64,000 nt of DNA. Origin: Trichoplax adhaerens. Its lineage: Eukaryota > Animalia > Placozoa. The DNA lies in the NCBI RefSeq assembly GCF_000150275.1, contig NW_002060961.1, positions 62,001 to 126,000 on the forward strand, given 5' to 3'. Shown piece by piece: positions 24,918-37,800 of the stretch. Every line of letters starts with the position of its first letter. Positions within the stretch are counted from its first letter, which is position 1. The notes below the pieces were generated by a model. That model did not search any database, was not told where the DNA came from, and saw nothing but the letters and a program-made list of their open reading frames with translations. A program made the position numbers and the translations under genes.

Positions 24918-27081
24918 TTAGAGAATGGACGGCTTGTGACCAAGCATATAGAAATAATCATAGGGAGTCTGCAACATTTCTGCTCCTGGAGTTTTGCTCA
25001 GCATTTCGATCAATCTAAAAGGTCAAACAAATATTTAATTGCGCGTCATCAATAGCAGTTTTAAACGATCTTGTTCCTTTAAATAAATAACCTCCACTTT
25101 CATTCTAGTTATACATTAACAATTATTTTGTAATGTTGACTATTTATAGATGTCAGTGATCATATATTCTTAATCATTGTCATAGAGTCAGAGATTAGGT
25201 TGTGAATATTATAAACTGGATTTATTTTCAAATTATTTTGACTTAGTAGCACAATCCTAGAACGTTACCTATACCTATTTATGCGGTACCCTGATAAATA
25301 TGTTTGGATTGTTAAATTTATAGCTAAGGCATTAAGCGTATAGCATATCATAATGATAGCATGCAATTGGTGTAGATAGTATAGTTTTTTTTCGCTAAGT
25401 TAAAGCTGAATTGTATCTTTAAAATCTAATTATTTCATTGTCAAACTACCCGCAGTTGTCCTTCATTATCACAAAGCATATTAGTATTTCCATCCAACAT
25501 GATAGTAATCCGTAAATACTTATGGAAACTGATCTTCTTTCATTTCCGGATCTGGATATGGCAACTTGACATCAATGCCATCGCTAAAGGTATGAAGTAG
25601 TTTAATATGGGTCTCGACATCCAATAGACCATCACCATAAATTGATTCGTCCCTGGCAAATATAAAATTGATTAGAATTGAGATAAAATAGCCGCAATGC
25701 ACGAACTGCTTGCGATGACTAGCCATGATCGTGTGCAATAACTTTACAACCTGAAAAATTATTATCCCTGCTCATACTATCCAAATTCTATGCAGAAATT
25801 CATGGCTCGTACAATGTCTTTCTTCCACTCTCTCTTGCCCTACCTTTATATCTGGCGATAAGGCCACTCGATATTTTTATAGCGACATTCAGTGAAATAT
25901 CGAGGAGGTCAAAGCGTGCGAACGCCAAACATGTCATTAAAAATCTAAGTCTAAATATTTTTGCCCTCAGAAAATAAATAAACAAAAATAAACAATAATT
26001 TATTGGTAAGAAATATCTGGTTAAGATTGAACCTACTCCATAAGCTAGCAATTCAGTCATTATTCTGTATCAAGTGAGTAGCTAATCATTCCTAGTAGTT
26101 TTACAGATTTCTTATGGCCATCTCTATTAATGACCGTTTATTGCAGAGGGATTAATTATTTTTTATGATGCAGTCCACTTTGTATGACTGTCCTAAACTG
26201 CTCTGTTGATATCGTTGAACTATTTCTTTTTCTGCTATGTTTCAATGTAGGTTAACCTTGCAAATAGTGCTACTTAATACTTATGTCTATTCCTTTGCAG
26301 CCATGACTTAATCTTATAGCTTTGGTGTTATACTACTGCTCTACTATAAGTTAAATAGTGTTGCTAAACTACTTTTCGACTTGCATGTTGCACACGCCAA
26401 TTTTACATCTTATGCTACTTGATTATAAATAAATTAAAATGTAATCGCTTTTACTGATCTTCCTACTACTATGAATGAGTCTTACTGCTTATAAATCATG
26501 GCCAACGATTAAAATAGTAGACACTGATAGGCATTGGTAATGATATTGGATGGAGAGGACTCAAATTGATTCTTTGTGAGTGTATCTACTCGAAAATTTC
26601 ACGCTGAATAATAGTAAACAACGGTAGGATATAGGTATTGGTGTGAGATCGAATAGACTCAAATCCATTCCTATTTCTTGATAGCAACTTACATAAAAAT
26701 TGAATTGCTGAGTTGGATCATAAATTAACGGTAACAGGAGACCTATAAGCATGCAAATGGTGCACAACCTGTATCAGACTTAATTACACGATGAATTTCA
26801 TCAACAATCGTTCAATATCTAACCAATGGATAGTCAGAGTACAAGTGACAAAATCGTCAACATTGTCTTAAAGGGGTAGATTTTCCGCTGAGTTCTCTTG
26901 ATAGGTAATATTAGCATGTTGGTTGTCTTAATGAGCTTGATCAATTTGAGCTACCCTATGATCAAAACCGATAATTCAATTAAAATACAGAACATAACGA
27001 TTGACTGTTGTACCTGGTCCATAGCACATATCGATCACTAAATCAAAGTTATTTTGCTTGTTTAGCTGTTGGCTTTAGTAA
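24918..27081 (-). pseudogene. SAM-dependent methyltransferase paralog 3, pseudogene
   Basis: All four exons are recognisable. The 5' ~36 codons are missing, exon 1 has stops, SAM motif I is degraded (IDMCYGPG), exon 2 has two stops (..RTL*PPR..RQI*R), and the exon 3 donor is mutated (AG/AT). Confidence 0.88.
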
Positions 27082-27327
27082 TTGTCACACACCACTAGGG
27101 GCAAAGTAGTCTACATACGCCAATGTTTACGAAGAACGCCTCTTACTGACTTGAAGAGGCGAGATTAGTTATATCACCAAATAATTCAGTTCCAACGACC
27201 GAATACTATAGTATAATTATAGCATCACTGATAGTGTAGACGAGGTAGTCAGAGATTTACTACTATTTATTACTGAAGAAATCTTGACAAACTAGTTGAC
27301 TAACTAACCGGACTAACTAACTAAAAA
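27082..27327. mobile_element. Truncated copy B of the dispersed element at 9563-10118
   Basis: Near-identical to 9835-10118 (e.g. acttgaagaggcgagattag.tatatcaccaaataattcagttccaacgaccgaatactat), with an internal deletion. Abuts the 5' truncation point of paralog 3. Confidence 0.8.
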
Positions 27328-28889
27328 GTGGTCTTTAGGTACCAGCCTATTATAGTCTCATCAGAAACTCCTGGTGCATATAGAGTAAAACTATACTTCT
27401 AAAGTTATAGGGATTAATATGAATATTGTCATTAAAGATTTCATATAAGAAAATTTATCAACAACCTCTATTATTAAGAACTAATAATAAACTAACAAAG
27501 AGCTTAACTCTTAACACAATATGACAATTCCGTAATCCTTTAATTAGTTAATGGAATCAATTGTCAACACTAGCAATGCATTATGAACTTTATTTATAAT
27601 GTACTATATCTATTAGCCGATAATTTACAAGGGTAGTTCTTAGGTGTTATAGTAGCAGTATTATATTCTTAGTAGATCTTTCGGCAGATCAGGGTAATAA
27701 TCTGTAGAAGCAACTCAAAGTAAGTGATTTACTTTAGATTAATAAACTTGTCAGGAAGTAGTCCGTGACAGACTGTAACATCTATACCTCAAATTTCGTC
27801 ATTTACTAAGAATTTTAATGATTTAATGATTTAATATTGAAATGGGTATTCTAGACGTCAATGCGCGTTTTGCTACTTTAAAAAGCTTTACGGAACACCA
27901 CATCAGTCAATGATGCGCTATATCTTTTGATCACTTATAGTCTACAATAGTTGCAATTTTTTTATTATCAATTAGTTCTACACTGTATACCGTATGCAAT
28001 AGAAATTAATAATTTTAAACTGCAAACTCTGCGAATAGATGTACAGAAAACAGAATATAGTCAAATTTAAGTCAATAAAAAATAGAGTAGCAAATTAAAG
28101 CGTCAGCTGGAAAGATATCTTTTACAAGCTATCTAATCATAAGGTGGCATGCATGCCTAAGCTATTAGAATCAATGCCGTAAATCTAACCTATCATGCAG
28201 GCGCGCAGGGTAAAGTTGAAGCATAATTACTAAAAATATTATTTTCGATACCGCATAAACACGTGTATTGTTCGATATATAAGATTTATGTATTAAATAT
28301 GGTTACATTTACAAATGATCTTGTATGTATCCGTATCTCCATTGCAGATTTAAAATTTTTATAATTACAATATATTAGTTTCAAATTCGTCAGGATGTTT
28401 AGGTTAACGTGTTCAACGTTTTATCTTGTAGTTTAGATCACAAATAAATAATACTATAATGATATTAATAAGAAATAAAAAATGCAAGCACAGTGTCCAT
28501 TTTCCGTTTTAAGATGGGGATAATATTCGACAATTGATTATTTTTATAATTCTCTGTTTCTGTTTAAGTATTGAAGCTACTGGCAACAACTCTAAATTAA
28601 GCTCCTATTCTGTACAATATGAATCAAAATTTTCGGACTTAGTCCGGTTTAAAATTTTATCGTATAGTCAAGCATAGTAATATATTACAAGATTAGCAGT
28701 GTTATAATTTTTGTAATAGATATATAATTTATAAAATTCCATCTAAAAATAAGGTCAAGGTCTTCATCTATTATAGTAGTCTATTACAGGATATACGATT
28801 GAATACAATTTGCCTTTCAACTATATTTGAAAAATTAAAAGTCTAAAACAATAATTAGTGATTAGGACTAATTTGGCTAACGCAATTTA

Positions 28890-31800
28890 TTAATCCTGTA
28901 AGGGATCAAGAAAATCTAACTGAATCACTCTTTCAATTCTGTCAATACTGACAGTTCCAATACTTGGTAGATCTAAGCCTTCCCGACCTATATTACTGCG
29001 CACATAGCTTAAAAAGAAATGTTGTAGATCGTGGATAGAAGTTATCGATTGCATTGTAAGCATTAATTTTCCTGGCAATCTAGGAGGAACAGCTACTTTG
29101 CCCTACAAGAGAAATGCCACACAAACATGGGATTATTCATTCAAAGCGTGAAGAAGCTATAAATGCTGTGATATAAAAGCTTACCTCATCTAATAATCCA
29201 GCCATAACCTCAAGACATGGTGTAAACAACGGAAAACTGGATACTTTTCCGGAATTTTCTCTCGCAAGTGTTAGGTAATCTTCTTCGGTAACAAAGGCCC
29301 ATCGATAACTTCATTTCGAAATTACAGATAAAACATCATGACTGATTGTATAATCATCATAGATATATTTTAAGAAAGTTATTTATCGCTATCTTCAATA
29401 CGAAGATAATATATTGATTTATTACGATTATAGCTTTCATCCAACGTGATCAACATATGAAATCAAACCTTTGTATGCAATTTAATAATTACTTTGATGA
29501 TAGGTAGACATCTTTTTAGGTGATAATTTTCGTTATTGGATAAAGCGCTAAAATTCATGGTTATACCACGTATTTAGACTGAACTTCGATATATAAGATA
29601 TAAAAGAAGTACACTATGAACTGAACTAAACTGTAGATGCATAAGACTAAAAAGTTGCGATACTACTGCCTAGTATGTTTTAAAAACTACATGTAGACGG
29701 AGTAGGTAATATGAGCGAAAATTTATGTAACGAATGCAAAAAATTATGTTTACACTGGTTACATATCCGTACATCGATATAAAATTGGTAATTATAAGTC
29801 AGAAAGAGATACTTAATCTGGTTCCTTATGAGCGGTTATCCATAGCTAGTTTTTTGTATCATAGCAGCTTAAAAATTATTGATGTCCGGTTTACTTACGT
29901 TTGAAATTGAGGCAATTTATCAGATGGTAATGCCAATGCAAGATCTAATAGTTTACAAGCTGAAAGATAAAGTGGTAACCAAGCAGAATCATTCAGCATA
30001 ATACCATTGGGCAACCTAAGTGTTAGTAGAAAGACACAAATTGAATGAACGTGATATCTTGAAGTAGAATGATGTCTTCATGTAGTAAATTTGAATTACT
30101 TGACAGATGCTGGATCTCGAATAGTTAACGCCTTTTCAATAATCTGTAGGACTTGTACCTGTAGTGTTAGCAAAGATACATTTAAACACAAGTAATCTAA
30201 GAATTTTTAGATACGGTAATATCCTAATATTTAAAACAGACTACGCTATAGATACCAATTCAGTAATAATAGTGGGCCATAAGGATGTAAGGTGATGCGG
30301 GGACATTCTCATTAGTAAAATTCGAAAGCAAAAGAATATCTAAAACAGTAAATAACAACATTACTTTCGCTAAGAACTCAACACAATGAATATTAATTTA
30401 TTTGGTACGTGTACAGAAAATATACTAGGATACTCCTATATGCTTACTTGCTCATGAACTACCGGAGTTAGCGGGAGACGTAAACCGTCAGCTAAACGTT
30501 CTGTTGATTAGGAAAAGGCTTAATAAATACACATAATCTTAAAAACAGTATAATCTCAAAGTTCTTTATGAACAAACTCGAGATAAAATTGCCTGCATTA
30601 CGCGTGCAGTATGGTAGAAGTACAGATGCACTAATGTAAGGCATATCGGCAGTATTAGAAGCTTTCGGTGGCTAATAATAATCTTCAATGTAATTTTTTA
30701 CCTGGCTATATTGCCTAGCTACAAGTAATACCTTGAATATCTGGCAGAAATCCCTGATATTGATCTATTTCACCACTAAATAGTACGTACGATAAACGCT
30801 TTAAATTTTGAGCACAGCCTTCACTTTCCTTAAAGAAAGAAATAACAACGAAATTGTGTTACGACTCAGATCTCGCAGACTTATCAGTTAAATACGGAGC
30901 TGTTATCATTTAATACAGTTACCTGGTCACGACTGGTAAATAGATTTAATGATGCGGTAGAAGATAAATTAATTCGATCTAATTGGAAGTGGTTTAATAA
31001 GTTATTGATAGTTTACTCAAAAAAGGAATTAAATTATTGTTATTTTCGCTTACTTAACATATCCCTAAAAGCGGTATTATCGTTGGCCATTAAATTGTCT
31101 ATTATGGTGCGCCATCTAAATGTTGCATAGCAAATATAACTGGTTAATTTGAATACAAAACAAATCTACAATAGCTGTAAATATCAACGATATTTAAAAA
31201 TGTCATGAAATTATTCGATTATTCGTTTACAGTTAATTAACTTGAAAGTATATCAGTTAGATACTCTTGTCAAAGCGCTTACCCTGAAATTGATGATGAT
31301 CCCATCCTAAAAAAATTAGGATCTAAAAATAAATCGTAAACATCCTTCTGCCACGCTCGACGAGTATACTGATAGTTTGTTAGCGTCGCTAGTAATTTTA
31401 CACTTGCAGTATAGCTTGAAGCGTTGTATGCACTTTATTCAAGATATAAAAAGCATTACCAAAGCTACTCCGTAAAAAGATAACATCAACTGTTAATCTC
31501 ATTAAGGGAAAGAAATTTACCAATGATTCTTAAGATATGGAGTCACATTATTCATTAATGACGACAGGATGCTGCTAACGCGGTCCTTCTCAAGGCTGCT
31601 GAATATAATATCAATTAAAGGAGCCAAAAGCTATGAAAACATAAACTTGCATTTAATGATAAACGTACTCATATACATACGATAATAAACCTAAAGTTGA
31701 ATTTACCTCAGCTAGAATTGTTAATGCTTGAACATTTTGCTGAACGGTTACTTCGTTAGGATTTGAACTGTCGTTAACTTTAATGGAGGCTATCAATACG

Positions 31801-34800
31801 TCCGTATTAGAATGATAATCAAACAATATATTAATGGAGGTGATTTCTTGAATGCATCTTTACCAGCAATCAATGTTAATGAATACGACAACTTACTACT
31901 GCTTTCACTTTCAGATGAGCGAGATAATCTGGAGCCTGATGTACTAGACGTGGAAGGCGCCATGACAACTAGATTTCTTCGAAGCCAAGTGCTTTGCTGT
32001 AATGCTGATCCTACAATAATGCTGCAAGCCTGTATTAATTTTTGCAGTATGTCTTGACGTTCTTGTAGTACTTTACGATCATCAACAACTGGAACTTTTT
32101 GAACATGAGTATATAATATCGCTAATAGTATAAATTGTCCATGATTAGATATCGACAGCTGAACGCACTCTTTTATGGTATTGCATACGCTTTGCCAGCA
32201 GCCTTGGATGCTAGCGATAGGTAGTCTTTGAGATAAATGATAAAAGAATGATAAAATATCAACTTCTAGACTTGTACCAGAACTAGCAAGTTGTTTCTTG
32301 TTAGATAGTACACTTTTAACTATTGACTTGACATTCTCAATTACAGTCTCGATCGATAGTGCTTTTATGCTAATGATGACATCAATGAGTACAAGCTGTT
32401 CTTTACTTGCTTCAGGTAATATTTGTTCCAAAACATTAGACTCATCAATAATAAGAGGCTTTGATAACATATGCCATGCATATCCAATAGCTGAGATTAA
32501 AACAAAACAGTGATTCATAGCAATAGGTGTCGTTAGCTGCGAGACATATTGGCGTAACAGTTTTCGAGAGATATCACCGCCATCAGCAGGTATAGCGTCA
32601 TCATCTAATTGGTTAGAAATCAACGCAAATGTAATCATAACTCGAGAAATGACAACAGCCATCCCCTCCCGTGTTGGAATAACTGACGCCTGGCTTGGTG
32701 TTGAAACGTCATATGAATTCATAATTGCGAGAACAATAAGTCCGGTATTAAAAGATGTTGTGTACGATTTATCTAAATTACGATTGTCACTCATACCCCA
32801 AGGAAGCATAGAAAGCAAGGAATTGGAGTGACTGTATACACTATCTAGCAAACAGTAATGGCAAATGGTAGTTAAACCCTCTAGTAAAATGATGCAGTAA
32901 TCGGGTGGTAATCCAGTAACTGCATGAAGTGGTATCATTACCTCATCATCTCCACAATCAAAGAGAGCCTCTAAAGTATCACAAATTTGGTTAACGGTAG
33001 CAGAAGCAACTGTGCCTAGAGCCGATCCCAAATTTGGAAGACAGCCAGTAATCAACTGGATCCATTGGCAGTGTAACGTAAGAAATGACTGCGATTGTAA
33101 CGCCAACAATAATGATGCTAAGAACATCGGTTGTGCTGATATTCCACTACCATGAATATAATGTAAATATCTAGGGGAAGTTAGGCTACATATTTCTTCT
33201 TTATTACCTATTAAGATGGCGTGGATCATTTTGAAAGAGATTGTACAAGTTTTTGGTTGTGTAGTATTAGCAAAACGTGATTCAAGTGTGATTAAATGAT
33301 GTAATAGCGATAGCAGCTGACTCTGAAAGGCAAGATTATCTTCAGATGAACAGTAGATGTTATTATTAGATGATTCAACTTCCATACTTGCCAGCAAACA
33401 ACACAAAACAGCTTTCTGCATTCGACATCGATTCAACATATCTTTAAGGTAATTAATAAATCCTGAGCCTCCAGTGGATTCTATTACCTGACCTAATTCA
33501 CTAACGACAAGACTTAGTAATTCCATTGCCGTCATTCTAACTCTCTCGTTAGCTTGCATACTTTCCTGAGATTCTTCAGAAAGGTGTTTAGGGAAATAAC
33601 TTCTGATGTAGTATAGAGTAATGGATACTAATACCTCAAGATATTGCATTCGACCCGTTGCACTAGCCACATTAGCAGGTATAGCCGTTGTCGTAAGATC
33701 TTTCACAGTTTGGCTCCCACCTTTACCGATATCTTTCTCACTCCCAAAACCCTTTCCGACAAGACTTTGACGATGTTTCCATAGCAACTGCTGAACAAGT
33801 TCCCATTGAGGTGTATGGCCAGAACCAACAGCTGTTGTCGCCATAGTACAGATGAATAGTCGAGGTCGTAATTTTATTATACTAATAATTTTCCGAAGCA
33901 TAAATAACACTCTTTCGCAATCATATAAATTCATATATAGCAACCGATGAAAATGTAAATTAATGCTTTCACTTCGTTTATTAGAGTTTTGATTTTGAGT
34001 GCCAACTACGAAAGAGTGCCTTCGACTTAAGCCTTCAGGCCGAATTTCGTTCAGCGGCTGTAAAGCTGGTAAATTGTTCGTAGATGAATATGCTCGAATA
34101 GGTGTTTCAGGCAATGATGCTACTACAGAATTTATTCTCCTAACAGGAGTTCCTCTGCGGGCAGTATCCATACTATCATTACCTTCTTCGTCATCTTCCG
34201 TGTCATTGCCAATAGAAATTTTTACACCAGTATCACTATCGTTACTATTCGCATGCAATACTGACTGAGCTGAAACCCGAGCTGTTCGTGGATGCAACAA
34301 CTGGATGAGCATTGGCACCAATAATCGTCCTAAATCGCCTTGTTGTAAAGATTGATCAAGCCAGTTTATAGCAACTTGCCTTATGCTTGGTTCTGAATCG
34401 TAAAGGCTATCAAGAAATACAAATAGAGACCTAAAAGCAGACGTGGTTCACGAAATATTTCAATTATCAGTAACATTCTCCTCAACCGCTATTCAAGGTA
34501 CTAAATACCCACATAATATTAAAACACGATTAATTTGTATACTAGTACCTATTTAGGTTTGAACAAATACGGCTGTTTCCCCTTGCTGTGTGCCAAAGCA
34601 CGCTAAAGCGCTTAAATGATTCCAATCGATCACTCTATAATTATAAGTACCAGCAACAGAGTTTACTAAACATATTCGGTAATTTAGACTACAACAGTAT
34701 CCTTACATTTATAAGATCTTGATACTAACCTCATCATCGGTTATTAAAAAACGTCCTATAACATCTTCACAATCAGAAGATGTCAAGGCAAGCTCATTTA

Positions 34801-37800
34801 AATGCCATAGTAGATTAGCAGCCTGGTATTGCAATTGCGTAGGGGTTTCATACGATAAAGTCAACCATAGCTTTTTAGTAACAATCTATAACAAAATATA
34901 GAAGACAAATAAGCTAGATTGCCACAGTATTGTAACTGATTTATAAGCCTGTGTCATTATATCGTATTATAATAAAGAAATAATTTAAATACAATCGTGA
35001 GATATTTGTAAATAGTTTGGCGATAATTAATTATGAGCGTTAGCTCAAACAATGATACTTACAGTTCGTAATTAAAATAATAAATCAATTGTTTGCTCCA
35101 GAAGACATATGTAGAATATTGCGGTATAACTAACCTTAAAAAAAATAGTGGACTTTCTCAAGAAACACAGATGATCAATGGACATTAAGGGTATAGTTGC
35201 AACCGAGTCGGATTGCACTGTGCGATCGTTGACTTGGGAAATATACATATCAAATGACTTTGAACCTATCAATGAAGGTCTTTTCTTATAGGTGGATGGT
35301 ATAACTGATTGTGTTATATGAATTAAATCAAGAACTGCTTCTGTGATTGGTCTAGAAATGGAAAATTCATCGATAGTGCAAGAAGCAGTTAAGAGAGCAT
35401 CTAACCATCCTGGTATGGTATCTAAAAATAATAGGAATTACATCGTAAGTATAAATGAACTCACATGCTCTGATACAATATTCATACAATCAAAGATAAG
35501 CCTATTAGTACAACCGTTAATTGGATAGCGACCAGTATTTTGTCTCATAGAATTTATCGGAAAGCAAGAAAATTCAACAAGTAATCGGCTGGCAGCTGCT
35601 ACGCACTTAGCGCAGTCTTCAAACAGAGAAGATGTTACTATACACACGAACGAATTTAGATCATCTTCATTACTTGAGTGCACTGAATTTATTCTGTCAC
35701 TTTCAATGTTACCCAACTCTGAAATGTCATGATCGCGACGCTGAATAATTTGACTAAAAATGAAAAGCTCAAGAAAATTTAAGTACTGATTAATACAAGC
35801 TTCCATTAAAGTTAATGAAGTATCATCCATAATATCGTTAGTGGTTACAGTCCGTGAACTTTTTAATAGAGTATTTAGGTCTTTGGAAGTACTAGTTTCG
35901 GTTCCGCCTTTAAAATGATCATAATCTTGCTGAGGATGTAATGTCATTTTACTAGCAACCTTTTTAGAGGTATCATCAAAAAATTGTGAACTAAAGTTGC
36001 CTCTACCTAACTCATCCTGTTTGGGCATCAGTTCACTAGGCGCTTCCATTACGTTAATTTCGACGTGTTCGCGAGATTTTAAAGACGGTTGGATGTAATT
36101 CTCATTGCCAGTCTCGCTCGTGAAAGAGTTCAGTGAAGAGGAATCGACAGAAGGCGACATGCTGGACTTGCCATTCTTTCGCGATGAGAAACGACCTAAC
36201 ATTTTACGACGTCGACGTACTTTAAGTTTCATATTTTCCACTTTGGCAATATTACCAATATCATCACTTAATTCACGGCTACTATCACTTTCTATCTCCG
36301 ATTCTGATTCACTATTTAAGCGATGAGATCTATTCTCATCTAAGCTATTAGTTTCTATTTCGCTATCGCTAGTCATTAATTGTTGAAATACTTTTTCAGT
36401 AGTATTATCAACAGCTAACTGTAACGATTCTGCATCATCTGAGTCTGCAGGTTTTGCACCTCCGGGAATTCGTCTTGTTCTTTCGCTAACAGACAATGTT
36501 TTACTACGAAATGGAGTACCTGATGACAAAATCGATGATACACTTGGATATGTTTGCATTTTACTTGTAATAGGATGTGCCAATGCATTTGAAGGCAATA
36601 TATGATTGAGTAACTTGGAACATAATACTATTCCGGAGTTTAATTCTAAAAATGATATATTACAGCAGGATCTATGCATTTCCACAATTATCATATACAT
36701 TAATTGCGGCAAGTATAAGGTTTGAACGTCATTATCAGGATCCTATATTGACATAGAATACACAAAAATTTTGTTTGTTAGCAAATTATGGTTAACCATA
36801 AAATAAAGCGATGAGATGCTAGTAGCAATGGGAACAATCAGCTACACTAACGCTAATTTTTAATATACGTAAGATAATATCTAAACGCTCTGTTACTGAA
36901 CGTACCAAGTAAATATCCTGCAGGAAGCTAACCAAGGAAAAATATTCATCGTAAAATAATGAATCATCCATTATCTTCGGTATTTGAATTGATTCGCAAC
37001 TATCCTGATCGTTGGATATGCTTTCTAACGTACTATGACTAGTACAAGAATGTATTGCTCTGCCTAAGTAATCCCATAAATAGTATGGCTCAAAGGTATT
37101 AAATATTAAATTAGCGCTCTTGATAACCTCGTCTGCTAAATTGTTGCAATTTTGCAGCGTCGTACCAGACGATCGACAACGTTGTATATCAGCCAATTGC
37201 TTATTTTCATTTACTTTTAGGTATGATCTTAGTAAATTATGTACGTGATAAAGAAATCGTAAAACATCCATAAGAATATCTTCCACAACTAATGTACCTA
37301 TTTGAGACTTATCAAGTAAATTTAATACAACACGAAATGATCCCAAGACGCCACTACGTTCAGCAGTAGTAATACACCCTTTGCTGCTAACTACGGAATT
37401 ATAGCTGTCATGTAGCATTTCTTTGACAGCAGCTACAACGTATACTTTACTGTAGGCACTGAAATACCTGCTATTCAAAGTATCGGGATCAACGCAAGAT
37501 GTGTGACCATCAGAGTCTTCATTAGAACCCATATTGCTTTTCATAATAGCTGCATTGACATTAGTGCCAAGCAACCAAGCATAAAATCTTCGATTTAAAG
37601 ACATATCTCGTCTAAGTAACACACTTAATGCAGACTTTAGGATAGCAACAGCATCCTTATCAGGTAGAGTGTTTGTATGAAATAAAAAGAAGGTAATCAA
37701 AAAGTCTAATATGTTGCGTTGAACCAGAATATTATTATCATGCAATGCAAGACAGACGGCATTAACCTATAAAATAGATTTAATACGTTGGTTAGAAAGT

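Noticed and set aside
34698-34706. GTATCCTT, a U12-type donor-like sequence
   Set aside because: It is on the strand opposite to DOP1 and lies within a coding exon.
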